Below, in pieces: positions 51,801 through 64,000 of a stretch of DNA of 64,000 bases. The translations under genes were made by a program, and so were the position numbers. Each line of letters opens with the position of its first letter. Position 1 is the stretch's first letter. Origin of the DNA: Raillietiella orientalis (taxonomy: Eukaryota); the NCBI GenBank assembly GCA_036172245.1, contig JAYWIR010000031.1, forward strand, positions 558,001-622,000, written 5' to 3'. The notes below the pieces were generated by a model, which saw only the letters and a program-made list of their open reading frames with translations, did not search any database and was not told where the DNA came from.

Positions 51801-52569
51801 ACCACTAGAGTTGTTGACCAGCTTCGCGTAAGCTCAGTGTGCTGCTTGGGGCCATCCTTCCCATTTCGTGGTGAGATCCAGGAGTCGTCGCGCCGAAAGA
51901 CACGATTTCATTTTCTTCTTGTCTCGTGTGCTTCATTTTCCGTTCAGGGAGAGGCTCTTATCTAAAAGAAGTGCGATGAACCGTGGCAATTTCCAGGACA
52001 AAGACTGGAAGTCGAAGTATACGGTACCCCTTTGTTCGTCCCCGCGTGTGGAAATTATTCTAGATGAGGTCATTCCTCGCAAAAGTTGCTCGTTGGAAAG
52101 TCACGAGCAGCACCTTCCTGCTCTTCGAAAGGATCCGTTCGTGGAACACCATCTTTTGAGTGCGTGAAGCTTTGATACCTTGCGCGACCTCCGACTGGTG
52201 GGGCTGCAATCAGTGAAGCAATTGCACGCAGAGGGTGTGTATTTCCCTGTACCTATTTTGCTTCCTATCTTCCCTTCACCGTCCTCATGTTTTCCGAGTC
52301 CAGCGAACAGTGAGTAGGCAGAATGCAAGTTGGAAAGGAAAAGCTTTTCTGGACATTCTGCGGTTCTGCTAATGAAAGAACGCATCCGCCGAGAGAGAAA
52401 GAGCAGGGACTTCTGAACGAAAGCTCATGGTTTTTCGGAAAAGGCCAAGCGGAGTTTAGAGAGGACACAGCATTATGGGGACGATTACTTGGACATGGCC
52501 ATCGTAAAATGCGCTCACAGAGTAAACGAATTTCGAGAGCGAAATGCTCTCTAAAGACAAAAAGTTGTG

Positions 52570-53230
52570 AAAAGACTCCCAAAAAGTGATCATCGGCGTT
52601 TCATTCATGAATCTTGAGAACTGCCGTAAAAGTACCTGGGATTCAGCTCAGCGTCCACCAATGCAGTTGATGGGGATCCGATAAATCGGAAACTTCATAT
52701 CCGAAACGAACCGTTTCCAAGGTGTCGAAGTGCGTGGTTTCGTTATGGAAGAACAGTAAGTTGTCAAGAGATGTGGGAATCCAGTGCGCACAAAATACCT
52801 TGAATATTGATGATCAGAAAAGTTACTTGATGACTGTTTTGCAAAATAATGGAAAGCAGCATGAGCTTGGAGATTGATGTGGATTGCGCTTTCAGCTGTC
52901 ATGGGCGACTTGAGAGAATTCTTCTCCAGAATGAAAAGATCCGATAACGAAAACAATGTTCTGAGACGACTGTAAGAACGCAGCAGTGTTGCCATCAACT
53001 ATGATGAGACAAACAGAAAATAAATAATGGGCTCATCAGAAAAATACACGTACCTGCGATTATGATGGAAGGTTACATTTAATGATTTTATCATTTCGGG
53101 ATGATGTCTTCTGATGACACGCACGATGAGCACATGTCTGCTGCGGTAAGGAACTGCACGTATGCTGTGGAAGTTTCTATGCATTGGTTTCGGTGCAAAA
53201 AATGGCTTTTCAGGATTCACGATGCCTTTG
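52570..53230 (-). pseudogene. GT31-family (core-1 beta-1,3-galactosyltransferase/fringe-like) relic
   Basis: VLIVRVIRRHHPEMIKSLNVTF...YVYFSDE, QAHAAFHYF, SLDNLLFF...FDTLETVRFGY and CIGGR*AESQVLLRQF follow the order of the C1GALT1-type motifs (V..TW....FFS; K..AF.Y; ENL...DP..P.YFG; SGGAGYVLS..AL..F). No DxD motif is recognisable. Confidence 0.45.
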
Positions 53231-56200
53231 GCTTTGGGATCAAGTTATCCAGGTTTCCCCTACGTAATGAGATTATGAAAAAAGGAATCCTAATATGTAA
53301 GCCATTATGTAATGAATGATGGGAGACATCTTCCCGAATTTTCGGTCCTGGATATTGAGAGGCTTCTGTCTTCCAACCAATATTTTTCTTTCCTTAAGAA
53401 GCTCCCAATCTAGCAGCGCCGCTCATAATAAAAAGCATTGGGCTGTTGATTCTGAGCAGCACATTTCAATCCCCTAATTTCATTAGATTCTCGGATCCTG
53501 ACTAGTTTGGCTTTCAAGACAAAAATATCGGGTTCGTGCACTCTTGAAATAGTATTTTTCTTCGAGGAGAATCCCCCAAAATCTTCGAAAAGCATCCACT
53601 ACGTATGAATGATCTCAGCAAGGTTTTTTATTTTTTCACATCACCGTTTTGCTGATTCGGTTTTGGGTTTCGCCATCCATAAGTGTAATCTCATCCTCAC
53701 CTGATTTTGTTGTTTACCTTATTCACTGGGCTCCTGCAAGAATCCGACTTTCTCACCTTTGGGGGGGGGGAGGGGATCCACGCTTCGAGTGTTTATTTGT
53801 GTACTGCAAACTACTGCAGGAAGAGTCATGGTCCCAGATGTGTGCAGCATCTTTTCATGCCCTGGTTGTTGGAGCATTCTTTTGGGCGCCCTCAGCATCT
53901 GCTTAATTATTTCGCCCCATTTTGCCTTTCATGTGAATCTTCTTTTTGAAACCTGTGTTCATGACGTCACTCATCCAGGTAAGGACGGAGACGCTCTCAT
54001 CCAGAGAAGGCATGACGGATGCGGGCATTTCGCGAAAGTCTGCATTCTGACGAGCGCACAGAGGACCGTGTCGTTCACTTCTGCGAACGCACCGCCGCCT
54101 CCTTTGAGTGCAATGAACGATTTGTTCCCTGCTCTTCGTATTTGCAAGTCCTTCACACACGTTTCTCTCTCCGTGAATGATCTTCATTGCGGTGGGAGAA
54201 ACGTTCTCAGTTTAAGAATGAAGGGAGATGAATTTTTCTTTCGCTGCCTCTTCAGAATTTGATTTTCCTTGTGGTAGCAGCATCTTTTGAAATTTTCAGT
54301 CTCGTCCTCCATGGGATGGTTTTCCCATCAAGACGAGAATCTCCGAACACTTTCTGGAATTCGCTCCCTGGCTGACACCGTGCTTTCATTGCAGTCAGCC
54401 AAACCTAAAACAGTGAGCTCCTACTTGCTCAAGGGGTGCATTTCTTGATTCCAAAGAAGTGCAGAAGAAGATGCCAAGCATAGGAAGTCTCCATTCTTAG
54501 TCCTTTATGTGGAGAGGCCAATTTAAACGAACGTTATGGTTAAATACGGACCTTATTCCTCTCTTGACACGAAACTACATTAACCATTTCTGAGGTCAGG
54601 AATTTCAAAATTTCTAAAATGGCACAGTCGTGGTTTGATTGCCACGCAAATCACGACGTGTTGCCTCGAAGCAAAGTCATCTGTACGACTGCAACTACCA
54701 CAATGAAGACGCCGACCAAACGAATTCTCCATTTTCCGTGGAGTGGTTTGATTCCAGTGAGATAAATTCAATGGGGAATGATGCCGCAATGTCTTTTCTC
54801 ATTCAGAAACACAAGATCATTATCTGAAGTCGTCGACTGATAAATTGGGTTTGAAACTTCTGATTAAAATGAACTTTACGCTTTTGTCTTGAGATTTCAC
54901 ACGAATCTTGAAAACTGGGAATGGGACTCCACACATTGTCAAACTGAAGGATCTATAGGTTGCCCCTTTTCCTTATCTTGGGATGATAAATAGACGAAAG
55001 ATTCAATCATCAGCAATGGATCAGCCTTTGGCTGCATAAGCGACCACATGCATCCCCGGAAGGATCTTCGTGATTCTTCTGCCTGAACTCCGTTTGTGTG
55101 CATCAAATGTTTGCAATTAACATTAGAGGCACACATCATCAAGTTTTGCAAGAAACGAAATTCTCAGCGCCAACTCTCTTAGCAGAGATGCTACATTCCA
55201 GTCTTGTTGCCTCTTGAGTTTTCATCGGCCGCCCCTGCCACAAAATCCTCGGAGTAAGCAGAAACTTTTTTCCGGGTTTTTCTAGCTCAAGATGAGCATT
55301 CGGATCACTTGAGAGGAATCCTTCGGTTTCTGGAGTTCTTTCAATCCTCTAAAGTTTCACAGCTCTTAGAAACCCGCCCATGTATGGCTCAGTTCCAGTC
55401 GACCGTACCTTTTTTTTTTTTTTACCCTTGAGAAATGTCTGAAAAATAACGAGTATATCAGCACTGGAAACCACACAGGGTTTCCAGGGATTCGGACCAA
55501 TCGTGCGAAGAGCAAGTTGTGTAAGGAACCGCAAGTAAGGTAATGTGTGAAAACCACCACCTTCTCTCCATCCGAGAATTCTCTTCCAGGAGCTCCCTCA
55601 GAACCCTCATGCGAAGAATTTTTTGCTTCCAACCTTGGAGGGATGCTCAGAGAGCAGCTGCAGAATGAGCACATTGGCGGTCGAGGGAAGGAAAGGCTCA
55701 ACACACACACTTTTTTGCACGATTCCTCCCTCTCTGCTTCAATGAATGCTGATCACATCCAAAAATACACATACGAGGGCTGTGTGACGAAGCATTTCTG
55801 AGATTCCGTCTAGCAAAGGAACGAAAGAAGTGATATGGAGACTGGTGAGACGCATTTCGCTCGCAGCTCCAAAGGAATGATCACAGCTGCGGGATTGTCA
55901 AACAGAAAGGAAGAGCAAAAGAAACTATTTATGCATTTGTCCTTGAAGGTACGTTTAAACTGCTCCATGTCTGGTACTCTCAATCTTTGAGTAAACTGAG
56001 GGCATGAGCATCTGAAGAGAATCACTCTACAGATACTTTATCAGTTTTTCTCGAAGCTAGCTGGAAGACGTCCATCAACGAAACCAGCGAGGAGTACCAC
56101 TTGATATGGGGTTCCGTATCAGCACGTGACTGGAACGTCGGTAGAAATATCAATGGGATTCCTGCGTGCTTCACGGATATCTTACAGATCTGGACACTCC

Positions 56201-59200
56201 GGGAAGAGATGCGGGATAAAGTGATGCAGCAACCACTATGTCTTTTCTCATTCTAAATTAAAAGCCGATGACAATTTGTAAGTAGAATTCGGCTCTTTAC
56301 CGGAGCTTTTTTGTCAGCAAAGGTTGATCAAGTCCGTGCTTACGCTGACCTCTGATTAGAGAATAGGATTCTTGGGAATCCATGAAATGAACTTCAGAAC
56401 TCACCCCTGAAAAATTGCTTTTTCTTCATACGTCTCTTCCTTCAAACACTGAGCAAAGTTTTTCCATTTGTTTGCGAGTTCGTTGCCTCACTAACAAAAA
56501 CCTTGAAGGGGCAGGTCGCGTACTATCCATTTTGTCCGTATTGCACCCAAGAAACTAAACCTGCTCTTTAGGAGACTGGACACATATCGATCGAAGGAGA
56601 CAACACTGAGTTGCTTCCATGAGTCCTCTTTGTTTTTCCCCTGTTCCTGTTATTCGAGTTTCCCGAAAAATTTTTTTTTTTTTTTCATGCAGATCAAGGA
56701 GCATTTTTCGTTGCAATTGATTTCCTTTTGAACGTGGAGCAGATCTGTTTGTGCTCATCGAGGCTCTAGTGAAAGCAAATTGATTCTCCCACCGATTCCA
56801 TTAACTGCCGTTGATTAGAATGGAGATCAGTTCAGCTGTTTCGTTGTAGCAAGCCCATAGCGATGGAGATGAGCCCAATCATCAGCTGACCATCAAAACA
56901 AACAAGCAAACAGCTTTTATGGAAACAGAGGTAGGAGCCTGGCGTGACGTGGACAGATACTGAAGCACGCCTCAGGATTTGTGCTTTTTGCACGTTTTCT
57001 GAACTCGGTTTGCAATTTCCACCGATGCACTGGCATTGCCTTTCAGGTTTGATGGCCAAAGTGATTCTGGTTCGTCTGGGACACCTTCCGAGACGTCGAG
57101 AGGCTCGTCGGAACTATTCTGTCTTGTCGTCTTGGAGATACCGTCCTTGCGCGGATCTGGAACTGCGAGCATCAGCAGCATAATCCTTGCGTTTGTTTTC
57201 TTCCAGAGCCACTTTGACTGTACTTCTGTTGTGGCTCTGCAGGCAGACGGCACATTCAGTTCCTGAGCTGCAAATCCACTCATGAGGCGCGACTCAGCCC
57301 TTCCCCCATTGCTGGATGTCGCCCAGCATGGACGTCGTTCATCACCAAGGCAGGAGGTGCGGGGTGCTCAAAGAATCCCCAGGGCACGTTCTTCAGACTC
57401 GTGAGGAGCGTCAATAAACAGACAGCGACAACGTAGAGACACAACGAGATGGTGATTCGAATAGAGAAGGCCTTTCTGAAACAGATCTGAACCTCCAGGA
57501 ACAGATCAGCAGTTGAAGTCAGTCTGTTCCAGGAATGGTGTAGTGCTCCAGGGCGAAAGCGAGGTGAAATCAGTCACAAGATTGTCCAGTCTGCTTGCCC
57601 TTACGAGCAATCCGCGAACGGCATTAGAAAAGGCAGAGCGAATAGAAGATTGGCTCCCCCTATCTCGCTCCCGAAGGAGTGCTTCAGACCGTAAGAGCAG
57701 CTGTCGTAGGATCTCTGCTGTGTCGGGATCTGGATAACGACGAGGGATGCTGAGGAAATGGAAATTTCTGAAGGGGGGTGGCACAGCACATCAGAGAAGT
57801 GAAGTGCCCGAACACTGGAGGCGCCCTTCCCCCTTCATCCAGGTTCACAACCGCCCCGTGAGGAGCCGAAGAGAACAGGCAGAAGAAGAAGATGCAAGGA
57901 AACCTCTTTCTTCTTTTTCTCGAGACTCCGAGTGGATGCAACCGGCAGAATTCCGAACCATGCGTCCACGTTTTGTGGATCGTTCCGTCACAGCATTTCG
58001 CGCTATCAGGTTCCACAGCTTGCAGTCCGACAGGGAGTGGATCAGCAGAGCTCCACCACGGCCGTGTACCACTGACTTTTCCGAGTCAGTGGCGACCCTC
58101 GTGACCGAATTTGCGCATCGCTTGTACTCGACCCTCACCGGCTGCTTTCGACGGCGCGGAGGAGTTTTCAAGAAGCGACGTCGGTGGTTGTGCGCTGTCG
58201 AAAGTCGAACGTCAGGACCCCGCACTCCGAAAACCGGACCCTAGAAGCCGGAAAGCGAAAGCTCTGTCCAGGGCACCTTCCGATCCCACGTCGGCGTTCC
58301 TGTGATGGCATTCAGCTTCAGAGACAGGTGTTCGTTTGCTGCACAATCCCAGAAGACCTACAAAAACTTCCCTGAAGGGGGAAGCGAATGATTATCCGTG
58401 TGTGTCCAGACTCTCGTCTTCCCGAAATGTGAGGAGATGCTTTGGAGCTTCCCTTCCCTGGGAACGCATCCGTCCTCGTTGACATCGACGCTTCATCTTT
58501 TTCATCTCCGAAGCCGTGAAGGCAAGATGACAGATCGGACGGGTTCATAAAATGAGCTGCGCATCCTCTCACGGGAGGAAAGTTCAGAGCGGCTGGCAAC
58601 AGGGCCAATCCTTCCAGACGTGTCTGCAGGGAAGATCAGGGCATTCGCGGAGGAGGGTCCTCGCTACCCATCTTGTCGTCACCCATTCAACCGGACGATC
58701 ACGCGTTTCCTTCTCGCACCTGCGAAAGTTTCCAACCGGGGTCTTTCTTTTTCTTTCGAGATTCCAAAAGCGAGAGTCCTGAAGGGAGCATGCAAGGATG
58801 GCTCCTCACGTTGGCGGTTTTTGTGAGGCAGAGGGCTCCCGGCATGTCGACGGTGCGCGGAACTCGTCCCGAGGGAAGTCAAAGGTGCGGCGGCGGGGTG
58901 ATCTTGCGAGAAGGATGGAGTTCGGGGGAACCGAACTCGCGTTTGCAGGTCGCGCTTGACCTAATCTCCAGGAAAAGAATGGAAGGAGTAAAGGGGGAAG
59001 CAGACGGGGAAATCTCAGGAAGGAAGCAGTGAATTCATCCTATTTCGCTCCTCCTGCTTTCGGGTCACCTTTTCCTTCCAAACGGATTCCCCCGCTCCCT
59101 CCAGAGGAGCGCAGCCTGGTTGCTGTATGTCGATTCTTGCCTCCTGGATGCCTACCGGAGATCCATCCCAGCCGGGGAAGGATTTTCAACGGTTTCTTTG

Positions 59201-59559
59201 ATTACAAGCATCGACTTGCTTGACCATATCCGGCCCTCCGAGTCAGACCGTAAAGGCAAGGCGACCGGTAGAACTGACTCACCGCCACAAGCACTACACA
59301 TCCGCCCACAGGAAGAAACTTCAGTGTGAGCCTCCCCCAGGCGCGTCCCTGTTAAAAGAGCGCGCGCGATCTCCCCCCTTCCAAGGAACGGGGTCCCGGA
59401 AAGACGGAGGAGAATCTGGCCCTGGAAGTCGAGGAGGGATCTGTGCGCCCTCCGCTAGATGGTCAGAAGGAACATGCGCTTCCCATTCCACAAGGAGTTC
59501 TGGGAACGCAGAAGGAACTGACCTTGCGGCATCCCGCTGAGGGGCGCTGGCAGTTGTTT

Positions 59560-59960
59560 ATGGATCATCCGAGCTCATGGCATTGCCGGCGGGTACGAAG
59601 GAGCCGTCTTCCGTCGCCGCGCGATCGCGCACGCGCGGTGGGGAAGTTGCGACCCCACGGTCGCGTCCGATGCGGCACGTCCGGCGCGTTACACGGATGG
59701 CCTCACGCGGGGCTGCACGCACGGTGACAAGCACCAAGCAAACGTGCTGACGCGGCCTCCGAGGCGGTCGAGAACGTCGCCGAGTACGCGGCTGCCCACG
59801 ATCTCTTGACCGCGAGCCAGCAGAAGGGTTATCGCCTCGGGCCGCGCTGCCCGTCGGCGGAGAGCGAACGCCACCCTTCTCCAGCGCGCGCCCTCGCCCG
59901 GTTCCCGCGCTACCGAGCTGCGGTCATGCTGATCCCCAGCGAGGTCGGGCCTCTCGGGAG
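59560..59960 (-). pseudogene. Possible ankyrin-repeat relic (GC-rich), abutting a LINE 3' end
   Basis: ALRRRAARPEAITLLLARGQEIVG resembles one ankyrin repeat. Weak. Confidence 0.28.
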
Positions 59961-62900
59961 TTTTTCTTTCGGTCACGCCGGAGGTTTATTAAAAATCAGC
60001 CAGTTAGGAACAAAAGTTCCCAACCGATGACTACAAGAAATAAAGGGGAGAGTCCATTGGCACGCAGGCCGGGAAAACAGAAAGTCCGGAACGGAGAAGG
60101 GACAAGGGCGCAACAAAAAAAACAAAATGGGGGGAAAGGGGCAGGGACCTTTGGTGACGCGCAGTAATCACCAGGATACACACACAAAAAAAAAAAACAC
60201 CAAGAAAGCTACGGAGCGAATGGGGACGGAGGGATAATAATAATAAAAAATAAATAAATAAAAATAAATGGAGGGAAGGGCCAAGGATCACCGAGTTCGC
60301 CATTCCAAACCGTCCATCAAGAGGCGGTGGATACCCGTGATCTTTGTTTCTTCTCCCAGGTGAGGCCACCTGGCGGCCTCCCCGATTCGAGTAGCTGCCA
60401 TCCGGGTGATCCCCCTTGGATGCGCGGTGATTTTCTGCACTTGTCGGACCGAAAGGATGAGGCTGATGCAACCCATGGTTGCAATAACAGAGCCTGTCGA
60501 GAGGTCTCTGAGAGCGAAGAACCACCGCAGCACGCCTCTTGCGGTATCCTCCTGGTGCAGAAGTGCTGTTTACAGCCTCCACCACGGTTCTTGGACGGCA
60601 CTGCAATCCAAAAGGGATCGACTCCGTTGATCCGCTCCTGCCACAGTTCGGAGATGCAACCCCTCTGGAAACTCGACGTCATCTCTCGTTACATGGAATT
60701 CGCAGTGGATGAAGAGCAGTACGGCCTGCTTCCAGGCGAGGGGGAACAACAAACTGTTCACCAAATGGGGAAGGATTGCTAGTTCTTCGGAGAAAACACG
60801 CAAGAGTTCTCCCCAGCTAAGGAGTCCCTTTGCCAAAGCACGCAGAGTGGCAGCATCCACCCGCTCGCCCGTCTTCCAGCAGCCGAAGAGTCTGTTTTTT
60901 CCAGCGATAGTGCAGGAAAACTTCCATCTCGCCGGTAAGCAGCTGTCATCTCTTGGCCCGAGGGCAGACAGCGCCTCGGAATAACTCGCCAGCCTCTCGG
61001 AAGTTCCGAGGGGAATGTGTGCGTCCGTCGGTGTGCACCCGTCCTCAGAACATTACCTTCCCGCTAGGCACCGGAAGGGAGGAAGAAGGAAGGAGGGATA
61101 GAGGGTAGTGCTTCGGGATGAGATCTGCTTTCACCTGCGGGACAGTGGGCTCTCTGGCACTGGAGGACCATTTGCTCCCTCGACGGCGAACCCTGCACGC
61201 TCGAGATGAGGTGGTGAAATGCTGAGCGGCTATGAAGCGAATCATGACCCTTCCTGCGCCGGATACCCTCTTCCCAGCGGGGAGGACGACAGTGCGGAGC
61301 CGACCACACGTCGACGACGTCGTAGAAGGAAAGAGGAGGAGGGCGCATCCGGCCTGTTCCTCTAGCTCGCAGGAGAGCGGCGGGGAGGTGGCATCCCAGG
61401 TCGGGACACGGAGGAATCGTTCGTTTCGAGCGCTCGTCTTCCAAGATGGCGGTTTCCAATCCATTTCCCCGTTCTGCTGGACCCTGGAGGCTGCGGGTTT
61501 CAGCTCAGTTTCCGAAGGGCTGAACGGCGGCAGCCACCGGGAGCGACCGGCGGGAGGAGCGTCTCACTGTTTCCCCCGGAAAGATGCTACTCACTCGGAG
61601 AGACCACCGAGACACCACCTACCAGTCACTTGCGGAACCTTCCCAAAAGAGCGACCGCGACGTCGGGAAACTTTGTGGGAGATGGGAAGAGGAGTAAGTG
61701 CTCCTTCTTTGGAGAAGGAGGGCGAAATGCGGGCAGGTGCCAGGGGTGCGGCACCGTGCCTTCCCAGAAGCACAGATTTTCGGAAACGGAACCGCGCGAT
61801 CCTCGCGTGGAGGCGCAGGCAGGCACGTGTGTGTAGGGGCGAAAGCTGCTTCCTTGGGGAGGACTCATTCCCAAACTGCAGATGGGGGCGGTCGACCGCA
61901 TCCACCCGCCGGTCGCGACTGCCGCCAAATACACTGGGAAGAGTTCGGTGGCGGCAGGCAGGGCAGGGCGGAGGGAGACAGAGCGAGCGCCTCTTTGCAC
62001 CGATGGTCGACCGATTGTCGGAAACGCATGCCGGATTCGTGCGCACTCAAGGGCTCCCTTCTTCCGCGTCCTGAGAGGAGACTTCCAGGTGGAGCACCCC
62101 GCTAGCCCGCAATCATTCACCGGAAAGCCTGGAGGAAGCGCGGCACCCGCCGTTAGCGGTGCCAACTCTCCCGAGGGAAGGCACTCCAGATCCCATGCGG
62201 ATCGGGATGGCGCGGAACTTGCCGACGCCTCGGATGGAAAGTCAGACGCCCGTGGATCCGCGCCAACGGTCGCTGCACGAGGAGAGATTCCGTTGAGTTT
62301 CGCCTTCTCGTCCATCTTCCAGTTTCCAACGTCCTGGTCGCTACCTCTGCTCCATAAGTTTTGCAAGCCTGGAAAGAAATCTCCCCGACCCAGCAGGGCT
62401 CTTGCAAGAGGCTCGGATGAAACTCCACCCCTGGAGGTGGTGGGGTCTGAGAGTCGAGACCACCGAATGAGTTTCTGCCAACCAATCCTGGGGACTGAGG
62501 ACTCCTGTTTCTTGAAGAGGATTCCTCTGACCATCTTTCTTCCCGCCTCCTGCAGCTCCTGAGGGCATCTTCCTCCTCTTCGACGATTCTGCTTGCTGGA
62601 CACGTGCCGAACGCACCTCTGCTTCAAGAGCTCGCTTCGCAAGACCTTGGCAAAGAAGCATCCCGTCTACATGTCCCACGAGCGTGACGAGCGAAGCGGT
62701 GCTAAGGAACGGCGTTCCTGAAGACACGGTTCCTTCCTGCCACGAGAACCATGAACGCCAGGAGTGTTCCAGAAGCTTCTCTGCACGACCTTTCTCAAAG
62801 AAATGAAATGCAGTGGCGTCGTAGCCAAAGCCGCAGGGATACAAGCTGTCCTCCAAGTATTTTACCGAAGCTTTCTAAAGTGGACCACGCTGCGGACGCC
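59961..62900 (-). mobile_element. Degenerate L1/Tx1-type LINE related to the 32- and 43-kb copies
   Basis: The 3' end on the minus strand is AATAAACCTCCGGCGTGACCG-AAAGAAAAA after a T-rich UTR, and the ORF ends ELGDPW. PLAWKQAVLLFIH...LLDCSAVQEPWWRL is homologous to the 32-kb C-terminus, and GSDQDVGNWK (~62330) resembles GD....NWRP. The 5' boundary is uncertain. Confidence 0.65.
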
Positions 62901-64000
62901 TTCAAGATGTTGCTATGATGCTGTGGCTTTCCTTGGACTGCGCTCTCTCGAATTGCTGTGGGTTCTTCCTCCACCGAGGCTCACGCTGCCTTCGTGATAC
63001 TCTGTCCTGAGGCGTGAAGGACGAGCAGCGCAGACTGCCCATCGGCTGGAGTGGCAGGAAATTTGGAAGACCTGGAATTTACAAGTGCCACAAAAGGTCC
63101 TCTGGAGCTCCTGAATACTCTGAGAAAATGGGCTGTTGCGATCCTCAACACTCGCCGACATCCACAGTGTCCGCCTATGTCAGCCGCTGCAGTTGAAACC
63201 AACCTGATCCCGAATAAAAATTGATCTGGGTGAAAAGTCCCGGATTAAAGATGGCGCAAGAACACCCTAACTGGCTACGTGGGTGCGCGAAGATTTCCGC
63301 GATGTCGGCACAAAATAGCGGCAGACCTTTCATCTGATGAGCCGCTTGTCTGAAGTTGCACCGGTAGGTCCTTGATATCACCGAGAAGATGAAGCGACAG
63401 ATCCCCCAACAAGTTTTTCGTCAGCAGAAGTCACAAGTCCAGCAACTTTTCCACCTCTCGTTCCAGCTTGCTGCCCCCTAGGTGCAGAAATGGCAACCAA
63501 ACATCATTGCTGAGCTTCCTAAGAAATGAAACGTAGCTGAGTTACTAGAGATGGCTGCAGTGTATCGTGGCAAACTCTTTCAGGAGCCCGTCGGCCGCTC
63601 TTCAACGAAATATTTTAGTGTGCATTTTGAAGAGTCTTCCGATACATGTTTTTCCATAGGAATGGCTATCAATGGCTTTTTTAGTCTCGAACGCAGCTTC
63701 CTTCTCCAGAAGATGCGACTATTGGCCTTCGCGAGTTTCTCTGTACGGAGATTCAGTTTCCTTTTCCTTTTGATATCCCTGGTTCATTCTTCACCTACGT
63801 GATGAGTCCTGCCTAACTTTCACTGCTGCCATTTTTTGCATGAGAACTTTTTCTGCCCATTTCAGTAGACAGCATTACGAGGGAAAGAATAACCCACCGG
63901 AAAACTTTGTGAGGTCAAAACACCACACCGTCTTTGGAGCTTTCATGACTGAGAAAGTCGTGAAAGCTCCAAAACAACAAAGTCAAAACAACGGCCTAAA

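Noticed and set aside
53970..54160. Protein-kinase glycine loop (GGGGAFAEV) on the minus strand
   Set aside because: A single motif with no HRD/DFG found, so insufficient support.
55540..55900. SNF2/helicase C-terminal-like text (LRELLEE...DGEKVVVFTHY) on the minus strand
   Set aside because: Short and frameshifted, with no other helicase motifs identified.
61232..62642. Longest ORFs (280, 338 and 226 aa) as genes
   Set aside because: They are overlapping Arg/Ser/Pro-rich open frames in GC-rich decayed LINE sequence with no coherent domain.

Overview
This is eukaryotic, metazoan DNA. The H2B N-terminus is of arthropod/protostome type. I found no intact protein-coding gene, RNA gene, CRISPR array or prokaryotic system, and all family calls are by-eye motif matches. 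The window is a graveyard of decayed sequences: an intron-free alpha-L-fucosidase pseudogene, a full-length histone H2B pseudogene, two or three NACHT(-LRR)/NLR-like relics, an LRR relic, ankyrin relics and a GT31 (core-1 galactosyltransferase/fringe-like) relic. It also holds at least six L1/Tx1-type LINE fragments. The most interesting structure is a non-coding repeat present three times (about 20.7, 31.8-33.5 and 42.3-43.7 kb) that carries tRNA-like B-boxes and a ~42-bp minisatellite. One copy is empty. The other two contain the 3' end of the same Tx1-like LINE at the same position, with different 5' truncations and apparent target-site duplications (ACCAGTGCCGCA). This is a candidate sequence-specific retrotransposon/target-repeat pair.
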